From assembly GCA_951406725.2 (NCBI GenBank), contig OX597828.1, positions 22,754,001 through 22,818,000 of the forward strand: 64,000 bases of DNA, in the 5' to 3' direction. This stretch comes from Octopus vulgaris (taxonomy: Eukaryota). A program made the position numbers and the translations under genes. The notes under the pieces are model-generated. The model was not told where the DNA came from and ran no database searches. It saw only the letters and a program-made list of their open reading frames with translations. Shown one piece after another: positions 47,072-61,461 of this stretch (position 1 is the stretch's first letter; every line of letters starts with the position of its first letter).

Positions 47072-48130
47072 CATCATTATAATTTTCTTCCATTTTTTTC
47101 CTCTCAATTCTTTCTGACAAAGAGCGTAGTGCTCAAAACCTTAAAGTATTTTCCTTCCCTCCCGAACTTCAAACTAATTCACACGCGCACAGAAATATGT
47201 ACTGATCCACACATGATATATAAGATAGGATTAATATGCTTACGTCCCACTCACTTTCCACAAAATAGACGTCGTAATATTCAAATTCAGTTTCGTTCTA
47301 CTTACTCAATCTGTCATATGGATAAAATATATATTCTTTAATTAACAAAATCTCATAAAACCATAGATATATAAATATGGCTAACCTTAAAATTGCAAGC
47401 TTAATTAATTTTCTACAGAATTTTATGATTGATTAAAGAAGAATACGGATGATGTCTTCTGAGGGTTTATCTAGAAATTCTGAAAGTTCTAAAACCATTC
47501 GTTCTCATACTCACGATGTAATTTTTTTTTTCAACGATTTTATATACATTCCTTTTACTTTATATACAGCTTGCCTTTATAGTCTGTTAATAATTTCATT
47601 AATTTCTACTATTTCAAATCACAATGAACGGCACTACGTATGCCTATGCGCACACACATACACCTGTATACTCTGCATCCCGCTTATCCTCATTAACTTG
47701 CCTTTCTACTAACAATACAACATTTGATTTATATTTGGCTGCATGAGCTTTCCAATCTAGGCGATGACATTTTGCACTATTTAAATAATTTCCTTACAGT
47801 AATGAGGCTGACATACGTCACATCACTCTGAAATTTTCAATAATTTATTGTGAAGTATTTGTTCGACCAACCCGGTAAATTGGACCTTATATTGCATGAC
47901 CGTATTCATATGATATAATGAATTATCATGATTATTAATTCAGAATGTGTTGTTAGTATCGTATTATTCAGAAATATTACATCTTATATAGATATATACA
48001 CGGCGCCATAGGTATTGATCATCATTTATATGCATATCCCCAGTCTGCCAAATCGGTCAGTTTTCTAGATGACATTCCATGTACAATTATATATATATAT
48101 TTACATCGAAATCATCTACAGTCTGTCACT

Positions 48131-48219
<89 letters not shown>

Positions 48220-48240
48220 TTACATAAATATATATATAAT

Positions 48241-48326
<86 letters not shown>

Positions 48327-48409
48327 AAGGGTGGAAAGGAACACACGAGTTGATATATATGTAAAAATAAGTCAAAATAGAAGATGCAATAATAATTTTA
48401 TAGTGAACA

Positions 48410-48453
48410 TTTCAGTACCGGTTTCGGTCATTTTGAGACCTTTTCAACTGTAA
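48410..48453 (-). ncRNA. Minimal type-I hammerhead ribozyme motif, U3-A8 core (left arm)
   Basis: Exact reverse complement of 48836-48879. Confidence 0.75.
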
Positions 48454-48611
48454 CGATTAAATAATTAAATTTAGAAAAATTAGAAGAAAAGTTTTTTAAG
48501 GGAATATTTCTATAGTAGTGTTCAGATATAAGTGGCATTCTGCTTTTCTCTGACTCCCTTGTTTGCACTTGTGTGTAAGTATGTATGTGTGTATGTATGT
48601 GTGAATGTATG

Positions 48612-48645
<34 letters not shown>

Positions 48646-48835
48646 TGTATGTATGTATGTATGTATGTATGTGTGTGTATGTGTGCATGGATGTATATAT
48701 GCATATATACAACACACAAGTGCAAATAAGGGAGTCAGAGAAAAGCAGAATGCCACTTATATCTGAACACTACTATAGAAATATTCCCTTAAAAAAACTT
48801 TTCTTCTAATTTTTCTAAATTTAATTATTTAATCG

Positions 48836-48879
48836 TTACAGTTGAAAAGGTCTCAAAATGACCGAAACCGGTACTGAAA
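48836..48879 (+). ncRNA. Minimal type-I hammerhead ribozyme motif, U3-A8 core (right arm)
   Basis: Stem I cag/ctg; core ttgaaaa (CUGANGA with C3U and G8A); stem II ggtc-tcaaaat-gacc with canonical G10.1-C11.1; gaaa; palindromic accggt stem III; GUA triplet. Confidence 0.75.
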
Positions 48880-48925
48880 TGTTCACTATAAAATTATTAT
48901 AGCATTTTCTATTTTGACTTATTTT

Positions 48926-48970
<45 letters not shown>

Positions 48971-49169
48971 TCACACATGCTCACACAGATACACACGGAG
49001 AAAGAGGAGTTGAGATTTATAAATATAGGCATACCCACACATGCGCCTAAAACAGAAATGCGTATACTGGCATCCACCTACCTCTTTGAGTACTTTTGGT
49101 TGTACAAAGAAAGCAAAAGGTTATATTTCAATATTATTTATGTACCATGACGGATTATCTATCTACCCC

Positions 49170-49211
49170 TGTGTGTAAGTATGTATGTGTGTATGTATGT
49201 GTGTATGTATG

Positions 49212-49245
<34 letters not shown>

Positions 49246-49315
49246 TGTATGTATGTATGTATGTATGTATGTATGTATGTGTGTGTATGCGTGCATGGAT
49301 GTATATATGCATATA
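49170..49315 (+). repeat. Direct copy of the inverted-repeat spacer (48570-48707)
   Basis: Both read tgtgtgtaagtatgtatgtgtgtatgtatgtgtg...(tatg)n...gtgcatggatgtatatatgcatata. Confidence 0.85.
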
Positions 49316-49380
49316 CGTATGTATGCTTCTGCATATCTTCGTATCCATGTAACCATGTGTTGATGTATGTATCCATCTAT

Positions 49381-49443
<63 letters not shown>

Positions 49444-50044
49444 CATACATACATACACGCACACACACAAACATGCACATACTTATGTGTGTTTGTGTGC
49501 GAATGTATGTGTATGCTTACATTTGAACATATGCAAATATGTGTTTGTATATAATGTGCCTATATATATAAATAATGGATTATAATGCATATCACATACG
49601 TAAATATATATATGTATCTCATGCTGAGAAACATCTGTGCATTAGTATGTGTATATTCATATATGTCTCTCTATAGAAGTCCATACATATCTTTGTGTTT
49701 ATCTGTGCTTCTAACAGTATATATTAGTGTGTTTGGATATGTGTAAGTTCGCTTAGAAGTAAAAGCCTGACAAATTCGGATTTTAAAAGATTTTGTTTCA
49801 AGATTTTCTTCATTGTTCTACTTTTACTGTATAAGACAACTTATGCTCTTAATATAGACGCAAATACATAAACACTCTCTAGCTCGTACGTGTACACTCA
49901 CGGAAAGAGTAAGACCCTCGGTCTACCTTAGGTAGATAGATCACAATAAAAATACAAATACATACACAGGCCTATTTATATATATTTACATGTGCATAGA
50001 TATTTAAATTTATAAACACACAACACACGCACATCTTTATATCT

Positions 50045-50092
<48 letters not shown>

Positions 50093-50110
50093 ATATATAT
50101 GTATATATAA

Positions 50111-50487
<377 letters not shown>

Positions 50488-51190
50488 CCGATATACACAG
50501 GCACTGAGTGAGAGAGTAGGAGTACAGCTGGTTTCTAGATATATCACAAACTTACCAGCGTCTAGGCATATCCTGATGTCTCATGAAGCATTTCTTGTGG
50601 TGCCTCGAACGCAATACTAGGAGGGTAGCAAGAAAGCTGCAAATATGCTTGGATAGAAAAATGATGATTTTGAGAAGGAATTTCCCGAATAGTAAAAAAC
50701 CTGTTGAACATGGCACCAGAGAGACAGAGAGAGACAGACAGACAGACACTCCGTGAGGGCATGATTTGAGATACCCTTTGGCTATTTGTATATTTTGCAA
50801 TAAACAAAGAAATTCTATTGAGAATTACAAGTAAACAGATCAGATAGAAAATAACATATGACAAGGGAGAGAGATCAGGAGTTGAAGACGCAAAGAACGA
50901 CTCGCAATTCCTCGCACACCAGGCTCAAGCCTGAACAACCACCTCAGGCCCCGGCGCCTTTCGCATCCATTTCGATGAAGAGGCACAGGCACTAGATATT
51001 CAGAAATGAGCTGACGACGATCTATTTATCTACCTACCTACCTACCTACCTACCTAGCTGCCTACCTACCTACCTACCTGCCTACCTACCGACTTACCTA
51101 GCTATCTCTTTATTTGTCTGTCTACCTATCTATCTATATATTTATATATTTATTCATCTATAGACACACAGCACACACACATATATGTAA

Positions 51191-51365
51191 TTTCCAGACC
51201 GTGCGAAAACACCTAAAGCTCCACGAGGCTCCGGCAGGGAGTGATAGCGATCCCTGCTATACTGTATCACCACAACTTTCAATCTTTGTTATGTTGGCCT
51301 GTTCGCATTGTGACCAGTGATGTGTAGCAACATCTGATAGCCTGGTCGGTCACGGTGATCACGAT
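51191..51365 (+). mobile_element. SINE fragment: module E with a different tail
   Basis: gcgaaaacacctaaagctccacgaggctccggcagg...ccacaactttc, then tgtgaccagtgatgtgtagcaacatctgatagcctggtcggtcac (terminal stem-loop). Confidence 0.7.
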
Positions 51366-51409
51366 ATAAATATATATATATATATATAGACTGCATACAT
51401 CTGCATATA

Positions 51410-51457
<48 letters not shown>

Positions 51458-51888
51458 TATATCAATTTCTATCTATGCACATCACTTTTGCGTGCCTGTG
51501 ATGAACAGGTGATTCTGTGTCCGCGAGCATGAACTTCGCACCTTATATTACGTCGATGAAACACAGACAAAGTTGTGTCCCGCAGTTCATTTTGCTTTTC
51601 ATATTAGACGTAATAATGTAACTCTTCATATTTATGTAACTAAAGGATACGAACCCCGACGATGGCTTTTCCGACAGCCACAAATAATGATTTCTTCTGT
51701 CGACTCTTTTCATATTACTCAGCTATCAGTTGAAGCCGAGTCACCTGCAGCGAGGAAAAAAATATATTAAAATGTGAATTTATTAATCATATCATTTTAA
51801 TTCTGGTTAAAGGTTAATGTAGATTTTATTTATATATTCATATACATCTGTAAGTATTCGTGTGCATATTTACAAATATTTCTAAAAA

Positions 51889-51928
<40 letters not shown>

Positions 51929-52297
51929 TATACATAGATATATATACATATATATATATACAATATTAATTGTAATTGGTACATAGAGAATCGTTTTTAT
52001 ACAAATAGTTTTATATGTGAAGATTATGTAAATTTCTTCACTAAAACGTAAGCTTACAGCATATAATAATTTATAACTGTAAAACATGTTTACATTAAAT
52101 AGACTTTGTAATTACGCAAGTATTCGATTGATAAATATCAATTTGCAATGAAAATCTGATACTTATTTGCATAAAGCAATATGTACAGAATTTAGAAAAC
52201 ACTTTAAAAACCAGAAAACTAACATAAGCCAACAATCCTGCGCCGTATTTGTATTTATCGATACATACAAATATATATATATATACATACACACATA

Positions 52298-52342
<45 letters not shown>

Positions 52343-52368
52343 ATGTATGTATGTGCATACACACACAT

Positions 52369-52430
<62 letters not shown>

Positions 52431-52839
52431 GCTTGTGTGTGTTTATAATTTTAATAAGTAAAAATAAGATTCGCTTCCCCTTTTATTCTCCGGAGTTTCT
52501 TTGTGTTATAGAGGAATATTACGGAAATATTGTTCCCAATTGATTTTCTGTCTAATTGACAACGTGGCTTTTAACCTGTCTATAGAATTTATTTAGCTTA
52601 TTTCTTTATTCCTGTGTCAGTATATGTAGTGGTGGAATATTTATTTGGTCCTGTGGATTGTGTATGTGGATGTGTGTATAAGCAGAGACAGATTACCATA
52701 CAGAAACATATATTTATTTTGGCTATCAATCTATCTATCTATCTATCTATATCCATACATTTGTATGTGTGTGTACATGTGAGTGTAAGTGTACATATAC
52801 ATATAGATAGATAAACCTGCAGACATACACACACACACA

Positions 52840-52878
<39 letters not shown>

Positions 52879-55677
52879 ATATATATATGTATATACATAC
52901 ACATACAAACATACACAAGTCTACACAAACATACACCCCTACATATACACGTACATATATAAAATAATATATGTATAGTTAGTCTGTGTCACTTCATTAA
53001 CAATAGAACGTAAACAACAATTCGTGGTTTGTACACTGGCCATAGTCTTATCGTAATTTCAGGCAAATGTTTGGGGTCCACTGCATACTATTATGTGTAA
53101 CTTGTGTTGTAACACCTGAAATCATATCCAATCTGCAACTTCCTAGAAACTATGGAAGCTAAAGAACCGATTTCTTAACCGTAGCCGTCTAACCTTTTTT
53201 TTTGCTTGTTTTTGTTTTCCACGTTATATCTTCACTTGATTCTATGGAAGCACACTTTTCCTAAAGAGTTGCACAATGGGAAGAAATGTTGCTATTAACC
53301 ATACATCCATACTTGCATACAGACAGTTCTCTGTGACATCTGATTCCTTATATATTATCAAGATTATATCTGAACTTCTAGTCTTTACTAATTCGATCAG
53401 TGATGTCCTAAGAAATCCCAGAACATTTTAGAAATAATCATTTTCACTTTCAGATTCTTGTTGAGATGAGATTCTATCAATTTACTTCCACTTAGAATCC
53501 CATACTTCTAATAACTTCCCAGCACATCGTTTTAAGCGTCATATTTTATCATCATATCGTGAAGGCCAATAATATTCACACACCATCTATATTTCATACT
53601 TGTATTTACGCTACAATAAATTGTGCACTTGGAGACTAGCTGGTTTCATGTCATTTTTTTTGTGATTTCTCATTTTAACAAATTTCACATTAATCACTCA
53701 TTTCATAGTATTTCGGTTGTATTGTTTGTTGTGTTTTTTTTATTATTCCATCATGAAGGAACGATAATATTTTTTTATCTCGATAAAGTTTCTAAAACAT
53801 CCATTTTTCTTTCTGTTTCCTTTATGGTGATCATATTGTAATTGTTGTTTTTGACGTTACTACTATTGATGTTATAGGTTATTGCAGATCATTACCAAAG
53901 GCTTTTTGGTTGGTAAACACTACCAAGTTTCTAACTTATTGGACTTCTGATATTTAATTGTGTAGTAGAACAAATTAGCTGGAGTTGATTTCATATTTTA
54001 GCTTTGATTCAGGCTAATATAGAAATCCCTTCATCGTTTAAATATTACATAGGTGTTTTCAATTTCTAATTTGGTGCACATTCAGTCGTATGTGCTATTA
54101 AAACTACCGTTGCTATGTCTTGCTGATATATTTCTATGGACATAATGGTTTATATACCGTAGAAAAAATGCCATTATCATGAGCTGAGAGTATATCCATT
54201 GTTCAAAATTTGTTACTATATAATAGTAATTTGATTAAATTGATCTATTGCTATATCTAGTTAAGAAGCCTGAGATGGTTTGAACGGCAAGCAGTTTGAA
54301 CAGACATACAATAGTCCTGCTATTCTATAACCCGTAAAGCAAAATAATTCATGGGAACGGATGGATAGTTAATATCATGGGGGAACGTTGCCTTGTGGCT
54401 AAAAGTTGTATTCGAACTAAAACTTTAGCTGAACCAAACTGCTGGAATATATCTTAAAAGCTCTTGCAACGAAGAAGCCATTCGTGTAAATAAACATGTA
54501 TGAGATTCTCTCTTGACAACTTGACAAAATAAAAATACAAAAAAATATATTTAAATACGTTTAGGATTGAAAATCATTTTTCTCCTTTATTATAATTCTC
54601 TTGGGTGACAGAAAATACACCTTTATATTTGTATGACATGTTTTGTGAAATATGAAGTTTTATTACAGTTAACAGAGTCTGTGAGACTTGTAGAAATTAC
54701 CCTCAAATAACAACCATAACTTCATTACTTCTAATAAGCATCTATGACCCAGTTGTAGGTGCTCAAAAGGGGCCAAAAATGGTGGATATTTTGTTTAGCA
54801 CGATCAGAATGCACAGTTTATCCACAATACGCATGGTTACTGTCAGTCAGAGTTGTGGTCGATGTTCAGCGAAGTGGAATGGAACCAAGAACCGCAAACT
54901 CAGCAAAACGGCTACTTAACCACAAAGAATGTATCTGCCTGTTTCAGCATTTCGTAACGACTCTAGCTGGTAACATGAGATGGATGTAATTAGTATCTTC
55001 AATCCAGAGTTTTTGCTAGTTCTTCATACAGGGCAAATCATAGTTCGCCTGTAAGTCAATCAGATGAGATTGCAGCAAAGAATCTGCAGCAAAGAAACTA
55101 CAGGGAATTTCAAATTAAATACTACAAAGTTATTTCTTCTGATATTCAACTTCCCTTTCTGCCAGATTACTGGCATATTTATTGATTTTAGATCAATGTC
55201 GATATACGGATATACTCATGTAGAGGATTTCCCCTATGTGAAAATGTCTACCATTAATGGATGTTCGAATGTTCATAACATGGCGTCCAACGGATATGTA
55301 TAACAGACATTAACTGGGAGGTACGTTAGAATCTCTGACAAGACACACTTACAAACGTTACAAGCCGGAAGTAGAAATGTATAAAAGAAACTCGCCATTA
55401 AAACGCTGTTATAAACCGGAGACAAGAAGTATCTAAAGAATTGATAAAATATCATAAACGCCTATCTTTTCAGATATTCATCTCTGGTTCTGCGTATGAA
55501 ATAAAAATACTATTCTTTCTTTCTCTTTCTTTCTCACCCACATACATATTAATTTATTGCAACAAACATATACATACTCAAATAGATTTAGAGATGGAGA
55601 TATGAAGACATGTGCGAATTTGTGAGTGGTTATCATACATAATATATATGTGTGTGTGTGTTTGAATATAGATATAC

Positions 55678-55728
<51 letters not shown>

Positions 55729-56377
55729 TATATGCATACACACATACATATATATAAATCATATGTAGTTTTATATGTGTGTATGTGTACTTTAAATACT
55801 TTTCTAGCTATGTTTAAAATTTTGTACATTAAGTATAAACACAATTCTACGTATGCTTAAATACGCTTATGTCTGTTTGCACGTATATGTGGGTGTTTAT
55901 GTGCGCATAAAACGGTTACACTATAAATCTGATATAATGCTAATCTATACGCTTATGATTTGAACTTGGATATCTCTGTTTTCCTAAATCTATCCTTCAA
56001 TACATTTTAATCATATTTACATATCAAAGTATTTACTTCCAATTAGACAAGACAAAATGTCTCTGTGTGAATACTGCCATGTTAGAACATAAAGTAATCA
56101 ATTTTAATAACAATATAGGCCAATACTCTCTCGACTCTGCAGATAACAGGAATATAATTAGTGACAATGGATTAGGAGCAGCCATAGACCAGCGGAAATA
56201 ATTTCTACGTATTCGAAGCTCAAATCCTTACAATGTAATTTCTAACTTTTATTTTCTTAGGGTTGATAAAAATACATTTATCATTCAAAGAGTACATCGG
56301 CCCCATTATCTGACTATATACTTCTATGTATTGCTTTAAGATGGCTCGGTCACAGTTGCATGAGTATTATAAATATA

Positions 56378-56637
56378 TAAAATAACAAAATGCGCCCTTT
56401 TAAAGCCTAGCCACGGTCACGGGCCAGTTTCTCGGTTTCAATGGCGTATATGCTCCCCAGCTGGACAGAACGCCAGTCCATCGCAGCGTTACTCATTTTT
56501 GCCAGCTGAGTAAACTGGAGCAACGTGAAATGAAGTGTTTTGCTCAAGAACGCAATGCGTCGCCCGGTCCAGGAATCGAAATCACAATCTTACGATCATG
56601 ATGCTGACACCCTAACGACTAAGCCACGCGCCTCCAC
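56378..56637 (-). mobile_element. Full-length tRNA-derived SINE family C with 12 bp target-site duplication
   Basis: Minus strand begins gtggaggcgcgtggcttagtcgttagg (A box) and has tttcgattcc (B box); flanked by attataaatata at 56366-56377 and 56638-56649; contains gctgcgatggactggcgttctgtccag. Confidence 0.9.
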
Positions 56638-56865
56638 ATTATAAATATACCTATCTATATTAACATTAGTTTTCATGTAAGATCTTCTAGTAGAATAGTA
56701 GAGTGAACGTCGTTTGACAACGGGGAAGGTCTATAGTAGGCCAAAATCGTTGTTCGAATTATTTAGCCCCAGGTAAGGTCTTGTTGAGCAGAGAATAAAC
56801 GAAACACATTCCGACCACAATCTTCTTGACTCCTCGTTTCTTTGTTACTCTTCAGATTCTTTAAA

Positions 56866-57275
56866 CTCTCTCTCTTTTACTCTTTTACTTGTTTCAGTCA
56901 TTTGACTGCGGCCATGCTGGAGCACCGCCTTTAGTCGAGCAAATCGACCCCGGGACTTATTCTTTGTAAGCTCAGTACTTATTCTATCGGTCTCTTTTGC
57001 CGAACCGCTAAGTGACGGGGACGTAAACACACCAGCATCGGTTGTCAAGCAATGCTAGAGGGACAAACACAGACACACAAACATATACATACACATACAT
57101 ACATATATATACATATATACGACAGGCTTCTTTCAGTTTCCGTCTACCAAATCCACTCACAAGGCATTGGTCGGCCCGAGGCTATAGCAGAAGACACTTG
57201 CCCAAGATGCCACGCAGTGGGACTGAACCCAGAACCATGTGTTTGGTAGGCAAGCAACTTACCAAACAGTCACTC
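56866..57275 (-). mobile_element. SINE family A, full length
   Basis: Near-identical to 26563-26989. Confidence 0.95.
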
Positions 57276-58145
57276 GTGTGAATTTTATGGAATTTTGATT
57301 CCATTTTCCGTCTCTGCCTGAATCTTCTTCATTCACTTGCAATTTGGTAACATAAGAGTTCGTTTTAAAGAGACGAGGTTTGAAACTCGTTGTGTTTGTT
57401 ATTATCGTTATGTTTATTGATTAAGTTTATTTTGTGCGGCAGGGAGGCTTAGAATTGTGAGAAAATAAGTGTACACACAAATCAAATGATCCCGAAATAC
57501 AAGTGTTCCTAGCGAATTCTTGGAAGAACAGAGTCTTACATGCATTACATGCATTTCGATTATTTTTTTTATTAAATAGTAGTCTGATTATATCGGCCGG
57601 TTCAAAAACAACAATCACCTCACATTAAAATTTGTGCCCACCCATGTAATTGAATACTATAATAAATTGCTGATGACATCACGTCTGGACAAATGGATTT
57701 GCAAGCGGTTCTCCTGGCCGGCGTAAATTGTCATAGTTTTAGCGTAAAATATTCCAGTGTATTAGCAGCAGCATTATAGCGTCACGAAAGCTACCTTGCT
57801 GCATTTCCTCCGTATCTGTTCATCGCGAGATAAAATTCTATTGGTGTTAATTAATTTCTCCTTTCATCCTTTTATACTCAATAAAATAAAGTGCCAGGGT
57901 AATAGTGGGGTCGACCCTGAAAATTATGCGTCCATTTTTCGTAATATTTGAACGTATGATGATAATCGTTTGTTAGATGAAATCATTAGTATCCTAACAC
58001 CACCAACTTCTCTAGTAGGTGAAACGCTACTACACCAGTGAGAACTGAATTTATGTTGTCAACTTGTGAGTTAGCCCATAGCTAACATACACAGACCTCA
58101 ACGCCACAAGAATAAAATAAGTATAACGTGGTTGGTTTTCTGATC

Positions 58146-58325
58146 TTTTACTAGCTTCAGCCATTGGATTACGATCATGCTGTGGCACCATTTTGCAGAA
58201 TTTGGTGAATTAAATATGTCCTAGTGATTATATCTAAGTCTGGTTTTTCTTATATCAGTCACTTTTGTGTCGAGTTGCTAGGTTAAGGGAGCCTAAATCA
58301 GTACCGGTTGCCTGCCAATGTCGTG
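58146..58325 (-). mobile_element. SINE family A 3' half, very degenerate
   Basis: ttttactagcttcagccattggattacgatcatgctgtggcacc...ttgctaggttaagggagcctaaa. Confidence 0.55.
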
Positions 58326-58899
58326 TAGACAAATACAAGGAACGTAATGCACACCCATACGGACATTCAACTGTATATATACACTCACACATGTAGAGAC
58401 ATATATACATATATACATTAGAAAGATATATATATATATATCTGTGTGTGTGTGTAGAATACATATATGGACGTATGATATGAGTGTGGTGGGGTCATCT
58501 ATGTATGTATGCGTGCATATAATCATACTGCGTCCCTGCATATATGTATGTACATCAAATTTCTGGCCTTTTCGTTTTCCCTAATTCACAGTTCGATCGC
58601 TTCAACAACTGCATCGTAACAATGTCACTCAACATGATAGAATTAGCAGCACAATCATCCTCTACTCTCGAGGTATTGATATCAAAAGATAGAAAAGGGG
58701 GGGAAAATACGAACCAAATACGCCTGTTTCATAATGTAACACCGGACGAAAAGGATTTTAAACGTTAAAAAACGGAAACAGCTAACATAACTTAATTCAT
58801 ACGAATGCCTCTTCAGGATCGACTCAGCACTAAACATCAATACGAACAAACGCATCGACGACAACATCATCATCCTCACCACCACCACTACCACCAGAA

Positions 58900-58930
<31 letters not shown>

Positions 58931-59463
58931 TACAACAAACATAACGACAGCAGTATTCGTTTTATTACATTATTTAAGCCATGTTTCCCCTTCGTAGATC
59001 ACCGTAGAGTTGCCAATGTTTTACACAGTTTAAACCGAAGAATGCGTCTTCTAGACAATGATAAGCATAAGCAACGTAAAGCATGCTAAAGCTAGTTTGC
59101 GAATCACGAAAATAGATTCTACACGATTTAAGTACAATCTTTTCATATTCCAAATTTTTTTTATTCTTTTATGCCGAATTTGGAAAACCTTTTTAAATCT
59201 CTTTCGGTTATATTTGCTTGCTTTTATTTCTCGAAAATTATTTTACATAATTTCTTTCATTATTTGTTTTTTTTTTTACTTCTTTATTTTCAGATTTCTT
59301 CTTGCGATTGTTATATTTTTCAAATTTGTGTTACCTGTATTTTCTTTCCTTTCTAATATCCATAACGATCATCATCTATATATGTATGTATGTGGTTATA
59401 TATGTATGTGTATATATCCTGATATAGAAGTATATACATTCAAAATATACGTGAGTGAGAGAA

Positions 59464-59525
<62 letters not shown>

Positions 59526-59689
59526 CGTGCGTGTGTGTATTATCGAATGTAAGCGCCTAACTTAGCCCTCTACTTAAGTATACACCCACTTTCTTAGAAA
59601 TATACATGTAATTTTACACATACACACACACATATATATATATATATATGTATATATGTTCATAGATTGACAGAAAGCTAGACTGATAA

Positions 59690-59739
<50 letters not shown>

Positions 59740-60027
59740 ATATATATACACAAATACATGTATACAAACATATATATATATATATGAAGTACATACGTAT
59801 ACATTTGTATAATCATACCTACATCCATACATAAATGCACATTCTATACCGATCATCCCATCTATGTATCTATCCCCCTCTCTCTCACTCTCTTTCTCTC
59901 CCTTCCAATAATCTATCTCTTTTTCTCTTTCTCTTTCTTCCTTTTGGACGCATACACACGCGCATATAAAATCATCTGTACGTAATTAACAGCATCCATT
60001 TTTCTTCCAAAATGCATGCGTGAATCT

Positions 60028-60073
<46 letters not shown>

Positions 60074-60437
60074 GTCAATATGTATGTGAGTGTTTGAGCA
60101 TATAAGTATTGTTTTCGTGTGTGTGCTGATCCAGTGGTGTATTCATGTTTGTGAATACATCCTCTTGCTTACGTGTGCTTGAATCTCTATTCCCATATTC
60201 CCGTACAAGTACATGTGCATTTAGAAATGAATGTACGTGTTTACATATATATATATATATTTGGGTGCGTATGGGTGTATCTATACACATGTTTATAAAT
60301 ATATATTTATGGATATATGTATATGAATATGTACATATAAAAAATATATAAACACGTACACACACAAGTATATACATATTTATATATATGTATATATATA
60401 TACATATATATACATATATATATACATATATATATAC

Positions 60438-60486
<49 letters not shown>

Positions 60487-60908
60487 TATCTATATATATA
60501 TATATACATATATACATCTGTGTATGTGCGTATGTAAATATATATATATATATAAACACACACACATACACACACACACACTCTTATATCTGTATATATA
60601 CGCCCTATTTTACGCTCTTGTTTACGTGTATACATTCATTCGACCTTTTCTCCCTAGTATTCATTCATACGGTCCTTTCTCTTCAAGTTCTCCCCGATGA
60701 ATAATCAACAATAAATCTTTGCCTTAGGGAAAAGCAGCCAACATCCAAAGACATTCTCCTATAGCGAACACCATCAACACAACAATTCCTCATTTCTTCA
60801 ATTATGATAGGATAAGCTCTTCCTATACTTCACAGTCTTACACATACGCACACTAAACAGATCACTCTCATACAGGATTAAACATGCATATATACTCATA
60901 CATGCTTA

Positions 60909-60939
<31 letters not shown>

Positions 60940-60972
60940 TTAATTACATACATTTATATGTATGTATATAGT

Positions 60973-61032
<60 letters not shown>

Positions 61033-61126
61033 CAGAGAGAGAGAGAGAGAGACAGAGAGAGAGATGCAGATATAAATAAGTATGCATGTATACGTGAACA
61101 TATATATGTGCTTATATATATGGTTG

Positions 61127-61164
<38 letters not shown>

Positions 61165-61264
61165 TACGCATATATATATACATATATATATACATGTATA
61201 CATAATTACACAAATAAGTGCATATATATATACAAACATATACATATTCACATATAAATATATT

Positions 61265-61310
<46 letters not shown>

Positions 61311-61405
61311 ACATGCATGAATAATATATATATGAATATGTGTGTGTTTGTGTAGGTGTGTGTTTGTGCGTGTGTGTGTTTACATATATGTATAAATATG
61401 TATGC

Positions 61406-61461
<56 letters not shown>

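Larger units (their letters stand above)
48353..48936. repeat. Long inverted repeat (arms 48353-48576 and 48712-48936), probably Penelope-like element derived
   Basis: Arms ~224 bp; by eye they differ at three substitutions and one homopolymer indel; 135 bp microsatellite-like spacer. Confidence 0.97.

Noticed and set aside
54120-54200. Minus-strand peptide MDILSAHDNGIFSTVYKP, loosely like a Penelope RT segment
   Set aside because: Short, flanked by stops, and similarity too weak to support without a search.
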